Source: an uncultured Gammaproteobacteria bacterium (GTDB lineage Bacteria; Patescibacteriota; Microgenomatia; UBA1406; GWC2-37-13). Taken from it: a stretch of 27,286 bases of DNA. A program made the position numbers and the translations under genes. The DNA is taken from assembly GCA_964431935.1 (NCBI GenBank), contig CAYSLG010000001.1:2867-30152 (forward strand), given 5' to 3'. The stretch's first letter is position 1; every line of letters begins with the position of its first letter. Below are positions 16,415 to 24,757 of this stretch, piece by piece. The notes below the pieces were generated by a model. It had not been told where the DNA came from. It did no database searches and saw only the letters and a list, made by a program, of their open reading frames with translations.

Positions 16415-17152
16415 ATGTTGACTTATAACCTTGATACCAATATATTTTCTTCTTCGATCATAAATAATAACCATTATATATCCGGTTTCAGCACCCGTTT
16501 GCTTGGTGACGGAAGAAATACACAGGTAATTCAGAATTTTTTGTCGGAAAACGATATTTCGTATGCAGCCCTTGTTTTACCCGAGCAGATACATTCTGCA
16601 AATGTTGCCGATATTACCGAAACCGCGGCCAGAATACAAAAAATAGACGATACCGACGGGGTTGTAACAAATCTGGAACGTGTTATTCTGGTTGTCAGGA
16701 CCGCAGATTGCGTGCCGATGATATTTGCCGATAAAAAAGCAGGGACTATCGGGATTTCCCATCAAGGATGGAGAGGGTCATTGAAGCGTCTACCGGAAAA
16801 AATAATACACGCGATGAGAAAAAAAGGAGCAGACTCGTCAAATATTGAAATTGCAATCGGTCCGGCTATCGGCGATTGCTGTTATGACATTTCCGAAGAC
16901 AGGTATTATGCATTCATGGAAGAATTCAACGGATTTTCCGACAAAATCTTTTCTTTCAGAAGAGGAAAACGGCATTTGAACCTTGCGCTGTTAAACTATT
17001 TGCTTGTGCTTCATGCGGGTGTAAAAAAAGAACATATTGATTTTTTCCCGTTTTGCACCTCCTGCGATAAAAACCGTTTTTTTTCTTTCCGGCGCGACGG
17101 AAAGACGGAAAAATTCGGGGAAATGTTCAGTTTTGTAATGAGAAGAACATAA
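16415..17152 (+). CDS. pgeF: Peptidoglycan editing factor PgeF (YfiH/LACC1 family)
   Basis: EQIHSA, RTADCVP, SHQGWRG, IGPAIGDCCY, CTSC..FFSFRR: the His-Cys-His triad motifs are present. Confidence 0.92.
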   Translation: MLTYNLDTNIFSSSIINNNHYISGFSTRLLGDGRNTQVIQNFLSENDISYAALVLPEQIHSANVADITETAARIQKIDDTDGVVTNLERVILVVRTADCVPMIFADKKAGTIGISHQGWRGSLKRLPEKIIHAMRKKGADSSNIEIAIGPAIGDCCYDISEDRYYAFMEEFNGFSDKIFSFRRGKRHLNLALLNYLLVLHAGVKKEHIDFFPFCTSCDKNRFFSFRRDGKTEKFGEMFSFVMRRT

Positions 17153-17165
17153 AAGTTTATATAGC

Positions 17166-17252
17166 GTCATCCCCGCGCAGGCGGGGATCCAGTCTATAAT
17201 TACCTTATGTTCAATACTTATTCATCTGGATTCCCGCTTCCGCGGGAATGAC
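17166..17252. mobile_element. REP doublet / REPIN-like miniature palindromic element (GTCATTCCCGC...GCGGGAATCCAG family)
   Basis: Two 27-bp internally palindromic units in inverted orientation (17166-17192 and 17226-17252, 23/27 identical) flank a 33-bp AT-rich spacer. The GC-rich units stand out against the AT-rich intergenic background. Confidence 0.85.
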
Positions 17253-17272
17253 AAACAATTGTATAAGAAACT

Positions 17273-18667
17273 ATGAAACAGAAATATACAAACATTTTTA
17301 TCGTCGGCATCAAAGGCGTTGCCATGGCAAACCTTGCCGTTATACTGAAGCAGATGGGAAAACAGGTAACAGGTTCTGATGTTGCCGAAGAATTTCCCAC
17401 AGATGAAATCTTAAAACAAAACAATATTGCATGGTCGGAAAACTTTGCGCAAGAACATATTACAAATTCCATAGACGCGGTTATATATTCTGCTGCCCAC
17501 GGAGGATTGGAAAATCCGCAGGTGCAACATGCGTGCGCGCTGGGAATTGACGCCTTGCATCAGGCGCAGGTTATCGGAGAAATCATGGATCAATTTAAAA
17601 CAACAATTGCGGTATGCGGGTCGCACGGGAAAACAACAACGTCATCTCTTCTTTCATATGCGCTCATCCGGCTGCAGGCCCATCCGAGTTATCTTGTCGG
17701 CTCAACGGGTTTTACCGGCAATGCAGGCGGAGTTTATCAGCAGTCTGATTTTTTTGTTGCAGAGGCCGACGAATACGGTTTGAATCCTCCGGCAGACAAA
17801 ACACCAAAATTCCACGCTCTTCGCCCGGCATACATACTTGCAACCAATGTTGATTTTGACCATCCGGACGTATTCAACAGCATTGAACAGATAAAACAGG
17901 AATTTCTTACATTTTTTGGCACAAAACAATTATTTCTTTGCAGTGATAACGAGTATCTTCGTTCGCTTTTTCCGGCTGTACAAGGACAATTCAAGACATT
18001 TGGATATGCCGAAGACGCCGATATGCGGATTGCCTCCGTAACAAACAGTGAGGAAAAAACAGAATTTTATCTGACATACAAAGGAAACGAGTTGGGGAAA
18101 TTTGAAATAAGCATTTTTGGAGAAAAAAACGTATCAAATGCGGCGGGCGTTGTCCTTGCTCTTATGAATCTTGGATTTTCTTCCGATAAGATACGTGAAG
18201 CGATTAAAGGATTTGGCGGAGCTGCAAGGCGGTTTGAAAATATCGCTTATATAAATAATACGTATCTTTTTGACGATTATGCGCATCATCCGGCTGAAAT
18301 TGAGGCAACGATCAAAGCGGCAAAAGCGCGATTTCCAAACAGGCGCATTGTTATCATTTTTCAGCCGCATACGTATTCGCGCACGGCAATGCTAAAAAAT
18401 GAATTTGCAAAAAGTCTCTCACTGGCTGATATATGCCTCATTGCCCCTGTTTTTGCCTCTGCCCGCGAGAGGGGAGGGGATTTTTCCGATATAGAAAACG
18501 CGGCAAAAATGCAGGGAAATGGGCATATATTCGCTTTCAGATCAAAAGAAGAACTTCTCACGAAGTTTGAGGCTGTTTTGAGGCTGAAGGATGTGGTTTT
18601 TACCATGGGAGCAGGCGACATCTACGCACTTAAAAATGGTATAATAAAGGTAATTGGAGCTTTATAG
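17273..18667 (+). CDS. murC: UDP-N-acetylmuramate--L-alanine ligase
   Basis: IVGIKGVAMANLA, VTGSD, AVCGSHGKTTT, VAEADEY, DFDHPD, GAARRFE, DDYAHHPAEI, FQPHTYSRT, TMGAGDI. Confidence 0.97.
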   Translation: MKQKYTNIFIVGIKGVAMANLAVILKQMGKQVTGSDVAEEFPTDEILKQNNIAWSENFAQEHITNSIDAVIYSAAHGGLENPQVQHACALGIDALHQAQVIGEIMDQFKTTIAVCGSHGKTTTSSLLSYALIRLQAHPSYLVGSTGFTGNAGGVYQQSDFFVAEADEYGLNPPADKTPKFHALRPAYILATNVDFDHPDVFNSIEQIKQEFLTFFGTKQLFLCSDNEYLRSLFPAVQGQFKTFGYAEDADMRIASVTNSEEKTEFYLTYKGNELGKFEISIFGEKNVSNAAGVVLALMNLGFSSDKIREAIKGFGGAARRFENIAYINNTYLFDDYAHHPAEIEATIKAAKARFPNRRIVIIFQPHTYSRTAMLKNEFAKSLSLADICLIAPVFASARERGGDFSDIENAAKMQGNGHIFAFRSKEELLTKFEAVLRLKDVVFTMGAGDIYALKNGIIKVIGAL

Positions 18668-18673
18668 CAATCT

Positions 18674-19651
18674 ATGAGTACATATGAACATTTTGACGCA
18701 TTGGAAAAAGCGTTTGGAAAAGACCGCGTCCAGACATATGCTGATATTTCCAAATACATTACCATTCATACGCCCTGTACTGCGGATGTTTTTATTGAAG
18801 CGGTTACCCGAGATGATCTGATTCTTGCAAAACACATAGCTTCCCGGCACGCAATCCCTCTTTTTGTATTGGGCGGAGGCTCAAACAGTGTTTTCAAACA
18901 AGATCGTTATCATGGACTGGTAATAAAAAACTCGTATATGGATTATCACATAGTAGAAGAAACAGAGCGATATGTTGACATTCTTATTTCATCGGGTTTT
19001 CCGGTTTCCCGGCTGATTGCGCAGACTGTTGAAAAGGGATATGAAGGATTTGAATACCATAAAGGATTGCCGGGCACGGTCGGTGGAGCAATATATATGA
19101 ACTCAAAATGGACGAGACCTCTTTCCTATTTCGGCGACAATCTTAGCTTTGCATTTCTTGCAGACGGAAGCATGAATCCAAAAAAAGTAGAAAAAGGATA
19201 CTTTCGTTTTGCATACGACTACAGTATCCTGCAGAATACGCATGAGATACTTCTTGAGGCAATATTCAGATTAAAAAAAACAGATGCGGGCGTATTGAAG
19301 CAAAGAGCTGAGGAAGCCTTTGTATACAGAAAACAAACGCAGCCCTTTGGCGTGTTAACCAGCGGATGTTTTTTCCAGAATATTTCAGAAGAAGACCAAA
19401 AACGCCTGGGTTTACCGACAGCGTCTGCCGGCGCTTTGATTGATCAAACAGGTCTGAAAGGATACGCGCAGGGAGCATTTGTTGTTTCGCCCCTTCATGC
19501 AAATTTCATACTAAACGAAGATAAAAAAAATGCCCGACTGGAAGACCTGATACAACTTCTTTCCTTGATTAAACAGAAAGTAAAAGAAAAATTTGGAGTA
19601 GAATTGAGGGAAGAAGTGATATTCATTAAGAATGAAGAATTAAGAATTTAG
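18674..19651 (+). CDS. murB: UDP-N-acetylenolpyruvoylglucosamine reductase
   Basis: LGGGSNS, GLPGTVGGAIYMN, FAYDYS, SGCFFQN, AGALID, HANFILN, FGVELREEV. Confidence 0.95.
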   Translation: MSTYEHFDALEKAFGKDRVQTYADISKYITIHTPCTADVFIEAVTRDDLILAKHIASRHAIPLFVLGGGSNSVFKQDRYHGLVIKNSYMDYHIVEETERYVDILISSGFPVSRLIAQTVEKGYEGFEYHKGLPGTVGGAIYMNSKWTRPLSYFGDNLSFAFLADGSMNPKKVEKGYFRFAYDYSILQNTHEILLEAIFRLKKTDAGVLKQRAEEAFVYRKQTQPFGVLTSGCFFQNISEEDQKRLGLPTASAGALIDQTGLKGYAQGAFVVSPLHANFILNEDKKNARLEDLIQLLSLIKQKVKEKFGVELREEVIFIKNEELRI

Positions 19652-19712
19652 TTAAAAGTTAATAATTTTTAACTATTCATTAAATTCTTAACTCTTAATT
19701 TTTAACTTTTAA
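19626..19712. repeat. Inverted pair of heptad arrays (TTAAGAA-type / TTCTTAA-type) around a 9-bp inner stem at the murB-murA junction
   Basis: 19626-19646 pairs with 19685-19705 at 18/21 positions; inner TAGTTAAAA (19649-19657) / TTTTAACTA (19667-19675) is perfect. Confidence 0.75.
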
Positions 19713-19722
19713 TTGAAATTAT

Positions 19723-21048
19723 ATGGAGGATGCATATACAATACGGGGAGGAAAGAAACTAAAGGGAGAGATTACTCTTTCAGGTGCAAAAAACATTGCG
19801 CTTAAAACCATCATAGCGGCGCTTCTTTTTGATAGGCCGGTTACCTTAGAAAATATTCCGCGCATCAATGACGTGTTTGAATTGTTGCATCTTATTGAAG
19901 GATTGGGTGCAAAGGCGGAATTCATAGAAAAAAACACGCTTCTTATTGATGGCGGTTCCATGAATAACAACCGCGTTGACTTGCTTCATGCTTCAAAAAT
20001 ACGCGTTTCATTCATGCTGTTTGCTCCGCTTCTTTACCGGTTCAAACACTGTTTTGTTCCTAATCCGGGAGGATGCCGGATTGGTGCACGTTCAATTGAC
20101 CGTATTATTGACGGTATGAAACATTTGGGAATTTCTATTTCCTATGGATCAAGTACGGGATATTACGAAGCAAAAACAGCAGTTGACTTCGGGGGAACAT
20201 ATCAATTTGAAAAACCAACGCACACAGGAACAGAAACATTAATTCTTCTTTCCGCGCTATCCGGCAAAGAAACAACGCTCAAAAATTGCGCTCTTGAGCC
20301 GGAAATTGGAGAGCTTATTCGGTTTCTCAATGAGGGAGGCGCTTCAATTGTACGAAACGGTGACACGATTCACATACAAGGCTCATCTGCCTTGAGACAA
20401 AAAAAACCATTTGCAATCAGTCCTGACAGAAATGAGGCGGTTACGTTCGCATCGCTTGCGATTGCAACGCGCGGAGAGATAATAATTCACGGCATACATA
20501 AAGATCCAATTCATTCATTTGTTCAGGAACTTATAAACGTTAATGGAGGTGTGGAATCCGTTTCTGAAAATTCTTTGAAGTTTTTTTACCAGGGACCGCT
20601 TCGCAGCTCAACTATTGAGACAAATCCTCATCCGGGATTCATGACAGACTGGCAGCCGAACTGGGCTATTCTTATGACGCAGGCGGAAGGAGAATCGGTT
20701 ATTCATGAAAAAGTATTTGAAAACAGGTTTTCATATGTGGGGGAGGTGAGAAAGCTTGGCGCGAAAATTGACTATATTGAGATTCCGGTAAAAGACCCGT
20801 ACTCGTTTTATCATTTTAATTACCATAAAAATGTATATTACCGCCAGGCAATCAGGATTTTTGGGCCAAGGCGCTTGCATAACGCAGTTTTGACAATAGG
20901 AGATCTACGCGCCGGAGCAACGCTTGCCATAGCTTCTCTTGTTGCGCATGGAGATTCCATAGTGCAGGGTGCATCCATTATTGAGCGCGGGTATGAAGAC
21001 TTTGTAAAAAAAGTCCAGAATATCGGAGGCGAAATTGATAAAATATAA
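19723..21048 (+). CDS. murA: UDP-N-acetylglucosamine 1-carboxyvinyltransferase
   Basis: LSGAKN (catalytic Lys), PGGCRIGAR (catalytic Cys loop), HPGFMTD, VFENRF, DLRAGA, IERGYE. Confidence 0.97.
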   Translation: MEDAYTIRGGKKLKGEITLSGAKNIALKTIIAALLFDRPVTLENIPRINDVFELLHLIEGLGAKAEFIEKNTLLIDGGSMNNNRVDLLHASKIRVSFMLFAPLLYRFKHCFVPNPGGCRIGARSIDRIIDGMKHLGISISYGSSTGYYEAKTAVDFGGTYQFEKPTHTGTETLILLSALSGKETTLKNCALEPEIGELIRFLNEGGASIVRNGDTIHIQGSSALRQKKPFAISPDRNEAVTFASLAIATRGEIIIHGIHKDPIHSFVQELINVNGGVESVSENSLKFFYQGPLRSSTIETNPHPGFMTDWQPNWAILMTQAEGESVIHEKVFENRFSYVGEVRKLGAKIDYIEIPVKDPYSFYHFNYHKNVYYRQAIRIFGPRRLHNAVLTIGDLRAGATLAIASLVAHGDSIVQGASIIERGYEDFVKKVQNIGGEIDKI

Positions 21049-21051
21049 CCT

Positions 21052-22308
21052 ATGAAGTTTAAAAATGCTGTAATTTTAGCAGGCGGTGCCGGTGAGCGAT
21101 TTTGGCCTCTGCAAAACAAAGCGTTATTTTCTTTCTGCGGAAAACCGCTTCTTGCATATCAGATTGAAACGATTCTTCAATATGCCGAACAGGTTTTTGT
21201 TGTTGCGCATGAAAATACAGAAGAATCTGTAAAAGCAATATGTGCAGGATATGGAAACGTGAAGACGGCAGTTCAAAAAGGAGCAGGACAGGCTGCGGCA
21301 ATGCTTGCTCTTAAAGATCATATTCAGGGAGAAGTATTGGTTTTTAATGCTAACGACGTATTCCACCCGGATATTTTTACGTCTGTTTTGCAGGAAAAAA
21401 ATTTGCAGAATGCGGATTGTCTTTTGACGGCAAAAAAATCAGATGTCTATTTTCCCGGAGGATATATAAAACTGGAAGGAAATAGGATAACGGAAGTTAT
21501 TGAAAAACCAGGGGCAGGCAACGAACCATCGCAGTTTGTCCGGCTGGCTGTTGATTATTTCAAAGACGTAAACGAATTTATAAGAAGCATTGAAGAAACA
21601 AATACAGAGCAGGATGACCGTTATGAACAGGCTTTGACAGCTTTTATCCGGAGAGGAAAATCCGTCAGATATATTTCATATGAAAAGGATTGGTATCCGC
21701 TCAAATATCCATGGCACGTACTTCCTCTTCAACAGTTTTTTCTTTCAAAAATCCGCTCTCACCGCGGTTCTCACGTTACAATAGGTAAAAATGTTGAAAT
21801 ACAGGGAGATGTATATATTGGAAACAATGTAAAAATATACGGCAATGCGACAATTGTCGGTCCCTGCTACGTGGGAGATAATACGGTTATCGGTTCATAT
21901 GCGCTTATTATTCAAAGCAATGTTGAGCATGATTCTTTGATCGGCGGATATTGTGAAGTAACACGGTCGCACATCGCCTCGCGTGTTATGTTGCATAGAA
22001 ATTATGTGGGTGATTCGGTGCTTGACTCCGGCGTATTGATGGGAGCAGGCGCAGTACTTGCGAATTTCCGTTTTGACGAAAAACCAATTTCTTCCATAAT
22101 CAAGGGAGAAAAAATATCTACGGGTTTAACAAAATTCGGCTCCACTATCGGTAATTCCTCAAAAATCGGAGTGAATGCAACGATTGCCCCGGGAATAAAA
22201 ATCGGAAAAAACACCATTATCGGTCCGGCAAGCTATATTGATAAGGATATTGAGAACGACAAGTTTGTGTATAAAGGAGAGATAGGGGTTAATTCAAAAT
22301 TCCAATGA
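21052..22308 (+). CDS. glmU: Bifunctional sugar-1-phosphate nucleotidyltransferase/acetyltransferase, archaeal GlmU type
   Basis: LAGGAGERFWP and EKP in the NTP-transferase domain; hexapeptide beta-helix with NYVGDSVL, GAGAVLANFRFD and TGLTKFGSTIG resembling archaeal GlmU; sits directly after murA. Confidence 0.78.
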   Translation: MKFKNAVILAGGAGERFWPLQNKALFSFCGKPLLAYQIETILQYAEQVFVVAHENTEESVKAICAGYGNVKTAVQKGAGQAAAMLALKDHIQGEVLVFNANDVFHPDIFTSVLQEKNLQNADCLLTAKKSDVYFPGGYIKLEGNRITEVIEKPGAGNEPSQFVRLAVDYFKDVNEFIRSIEETNTEQDDRYEQALTAFIRRGKSVRYISYEKDWYPLKYPWHVLPLQQFFLSKIRSHRGSHVTIGKNVEIQGDVYIGNNVKIYGNATIVGPCYVGDNTVIGSYALIIQSNVEHDSLIGGYCEVTRSHIASRVMLHRNYVGDSVLDSGVLMGAGAVLANFRFDEKPISSIIKGEKISTGLTKFGSTIGNSSKIGVNATIAPGIKIGKNTIIGPASYIDKDIENDKFVYKGEIGVNSKFQ

Positions 22309-23285
22309 TGAAAAAAACAGTAACGGTAATCGGCGGCGGGACAGGAACATTTATTGTATTGTCCGATTTAAAAAAGTATCCTCTTGATTTGGGGGTAATC
22401 GTCAATATGATGGATTCGGGCGGATCAACAGGCAGGCTTCGCGATCAATTGGGAGTACTTCCTCCGGGGGATCTTCGCCAGTGTCTTGTTGCTTTGTCGG
22501 AAGTGTCTGATTTTTGGAGAAAGCTTTTTTTGTACCGCTTTGAAACAGGTGACTTAAAAGGTCACAATTTTGGCAATATTTTTCTTTCGGCGCTTGAAAA
22601 AGTATCCGGCTCATATGATGAAGTTCTTGGTGCGGCAGAGCATATCCTGAACTTAAAAGGAGAAGTGATTCCCGTTACGTATGAAAAAACGCATGTATGT
22701 GCAGAATATGAAAACGGCACACAGATAAACGGAGAAGATAGTATTGATGAAAACAGGCAGGAAAAAAGCAGGATAAAAAGCATATTTCTTCTGCCTCCGG
22801 TTTGCGCAAACCAGAAAGCTCTGAGCCGCATTGCCAAATCAGATTACCTTATCGCAGGTCCGGGAGATTTATATACGAGTATTATTCCTATTTTTCTTGT
22901 GGACGGTGTTAAAAAAGCAGTGCAGGAATCTTCCGCAAAAATCATATACGTCATGAATCTTATGACAAAATCAGGTCAGACCACCTGCTATACCGCAATG
23001 GATCATGTGAACGACTTTTCCCGTTACGCGGGAAGATTGCCTGATGTTATCGTCATGAATACCACAGAGATTCCCCAAAATATATTAGAATGGTATAAAA
23101 GTCACGATGAAACGCCGATTGTGAATGATCTTGATGAAGAAAGACTTTCGGGAACACGGATTGTTGTGGGGGATTTGATTAATGAAATACCGTTTTCACA
23201 ACATGCCGCCGATGAAAAAAACAGGGCGGTTTTGCGTCATGATGGAAAAAAGCTGGCAGAAATTTTACACTCTATTATCGCATGA
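22305..23285 (+). CDS. yvcK: YvcK/GlmR (CofD-related) UDP-GlcNAc-binding protein
   Basis: VIGGGTG, DSGGSTGRLR, PPGDLRQCL, GHNFGN, GPGDLYTSIIP, NLMTKSGQT, RHD; 4-nt overlap with glmU. Confidence 0.92.
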   Translation: MMKKTVTVIGGGTGTFIVLSDLKKYPLDLGVIVNMMDSGGSTGRLRDQLGVLPPGDLRQCLVALSEVSDFWRKLFLYRFETGDLKGHNFGNIFLSALEKVSGSYDEVLGAAEHILNLKGEVIPVTYEKTHVCAEYENGTQINGEDSIDENRQEKSRIKSIFLLPPVCANQKALSRIAKSDYLIAGPGDLYTSIIPIFLVDGVKKAVQESSAKIIYVMNLMTKSGQTTCYTAMDHVNDFSRYAGRLPDVIVMNTTEIPQNILEWYKSHDETPIVNDLDEERLSGTRIVVGDLINEIPFSQHAADEKNRAVLRHDGKKLAEILHSIIA

Positions 23286-23653
23286 TAAAAAAACATACAA
23301 TCTCTTTTAAAAACGCTATAAACGGGCTGGTATGGGTTCTTAAAACGCAACCAAATTACAGGGTGCATCTGTTTTTATCATTCATAGCGCTTGGTGCAGG
23401 ATATTTTTTGAAAATTTCCTATGAAGAATTTTTGACAATACTTGTTTTAATCGCTGTGGGTTTGGCGATTGAAACAGTCAATACTGCAATAGAAGCGACA
23501 AATGACGCAATTGATACTAAGTGGCGGGAAGAAATAAAAATTGCCAAAGATGCTTCTTCTGCAGCAGTGCTTATTTTTTCTTTTTTTGCATTCCTTGCAG
23601 CCTGCATTATATTTATTCCAAAAATATATTCTGTTTTTCCGTTTCGCCTTTAA
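23282..23653 (+). CDS. dgkA: DgkA-family kinase (probably undecaprenol kinase)
   Basis: SFKNAING, NYRVH, ETVNTAIE, IAKDASSAAV; three hydrophobic segments. Gram-positive-style members act on undecaprenol, and the position next to mraY fits that. Confidence 0.88.
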   Translation: MIKKHTISFKNAINGLVWVLKTQPNYRVHLFLSFIALGAGYFLKISYEEFLTILVLIAVGLAIETVNTAIEATNDAIDTKWREEIKIAKDASSAAVLIFSFFAFLAACIIFIPKIYSVFPFRL

Positions 23654-23658
23654 TGTTT

Positions 23659-23673
23659 CCTGCCTGCCGGCAG
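23659..23673. repeat. GC-rich palindrome CCTGCCTGCCGGCAG (core CTGCCGGCAG)
   Basis: 23664-23673 is a perfect 10-bp palindrome in an otherwise AT-rich spacer. Confidence 0.55.
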
Positions 23674-23680
23674 CTATAGA

Positions 23681-23711
23681 ACTTTGCACTTTGCACTTTG
23701 AACTTTGAACT
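23681..23711. repeat. Heptad tandem array (ACTTTG[C/A])x4.4 upstream of mraY
   Basis: ACTTTGC ACTTTGC ACTTTGA ACTTTGA ACT read directly. Confidence 0.9.
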
Positions 23712-23717
23712 AATAAT

Positions 23718-24755
23718 ATGTCAATATATCTTTTCGCTGCGTTTATTTCATTCATTTTCAATTTTTCCCTTATCGTGCCTTTTATTAATTTTTTGTACCG
23801 CGTAAAATTCCAGAGGGCTTCTCAAAAAACAAAAGACGCTTTTGACAAACCCACTCCTATTTTTGACAAGCTGCACAGTCATAAAAGCGGAACGCCTGTC
23901 GGCGGAGGCCTGCTGATTATCATAACAACGGTTCTTCTTTTTAGTATATTTCTTTCTTTTTTTATTTTTTCTAATCAAAAAATACAGTCTAATTATCCTT
24001 CAATTATGAATGAAATAAAAATTATTTTGATTACGTTTATCGGATTTGGCATTCTTGGTCTGTATGACGATTTGAATAAAATATTTTTTTGGAAAAAAGA
24101 ACAGTTTTTCGGGTTGCGGATACGACACAAACTTATTCTTGAAATTATTCTTGCATTTATTATCTCATATTGGCTTTTTACCGATCTGAAAATCAGTATT
24201 ATTCATATTCCGTTTTTTGGTGTGTATGAACTTTCTTTTTTCTATATTTTATTTTCTTCATTTGTGATTGTTGCATTTGCAAATGCGGTGAACATAAGCG
24301 ATGGATTGGATGGGTTGGCATCTGGCGTTCTTATGATTGCGCTCGGCGGATTTTGGCTTATAGCCCGATCATTTCTTGATGTTCCGACCTCATTGTTTAT
24401 CAGTGTGTGGCTGGGGGGGCTTATGGCGTTTTTATACTTTAACATCTATCCTGCGCGTTTGTTTCTCGGCGATTCCGGCTCCTTGTCGTTTGGCGCAACA
24501 TTTGCGGTTATCGGGCTGATTCTGGGGAAAGCCTTTGCCCTGACTATTATCGGCGGGGTTTTTCTTCTGGAGGTGTTGAGTTCGGGTATCCAGCTTATTG
24601 GAAAACAATATCTGAAAAGAAAAATTTTTCCGGTTGCGCCGTTTCATCTATGGCTGCAAATGAAAGGATGGGAAGAACCGAAAATTGTCATGAGGCTTTG
24701 GCTGCTTTCCATTCTTTTTGGCGTATTCGGGTTGATGATCGCGTTTATGAAATAA
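23718..24755 (+). CDS. mraY: Phospho-N-acetylmuramoyl-pentapeptide transferase
   Basis: KSGTPVGGG, GLYDD, NAVNISDGLDGL, FNIYPARLFLGDSGS, APFH, GWEEPKIVMRLW; polytopic membrane protein. Confidence 0.96.
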   Translation: MSIYLFAAFISFIFNFSLIVPFINFLYRVKFQRASQKTKDAFDKPTPIFDKLHSHKSGTPVGGGLLIIITTVLLFSIFLSFFIFSNQKIQSNYPSIMNEIKIILITFIGFGILGLYDDLNKIFFWKKEQFFGLRIRHKLILEIILAFIISYWLFTDLKISIIHIPFFGVYELSFFYILFSSFVIVAFANAVNISDGLDGLASGVLMIALGGFWLIARSFLDVPTSLFISVWLGGLMAFLYFNIYPARLFLGDSGSLSFGATFAVIGLILGKAFALTIIGGVFLLEVLSSGIQLIGKQYLKRKIFPVAPFHLWLQMKGWEEPKIVMRLWLLSILFGVFGLMIAFMK

Positions 24756-24757
24756 GC

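Noticed and set aside
17193-17225. TATAAT in the REP-doublet spacer as a promoter for murC, and the 84-aa minus-strand ORF 17218..17472
   Set aside because: No -35 at a usable distance in an AT-rich spacer; the ORF is antisense to murC and ends in translated repeat sequence.
18471-18478. KOPS-like GGGGAGGG in murC
   Set aside because: A single hit inside coding sequence is expected by chance; this lineage's FtsK-orienting motif is unknown.
20060-20095. Fosfomycin-resistant (Cys-to-Asp) MurA
   Set aside because: The loop reads PGGCRIGAR; the Cys is present.
24640-24665. MraY with APFHLW instead of the HHH motif as a possible inactive copy
   Set aside because: The DD pair, the catalytic Asp (GDSG) and the first His of the motif are retained, so the gene is probably functional.
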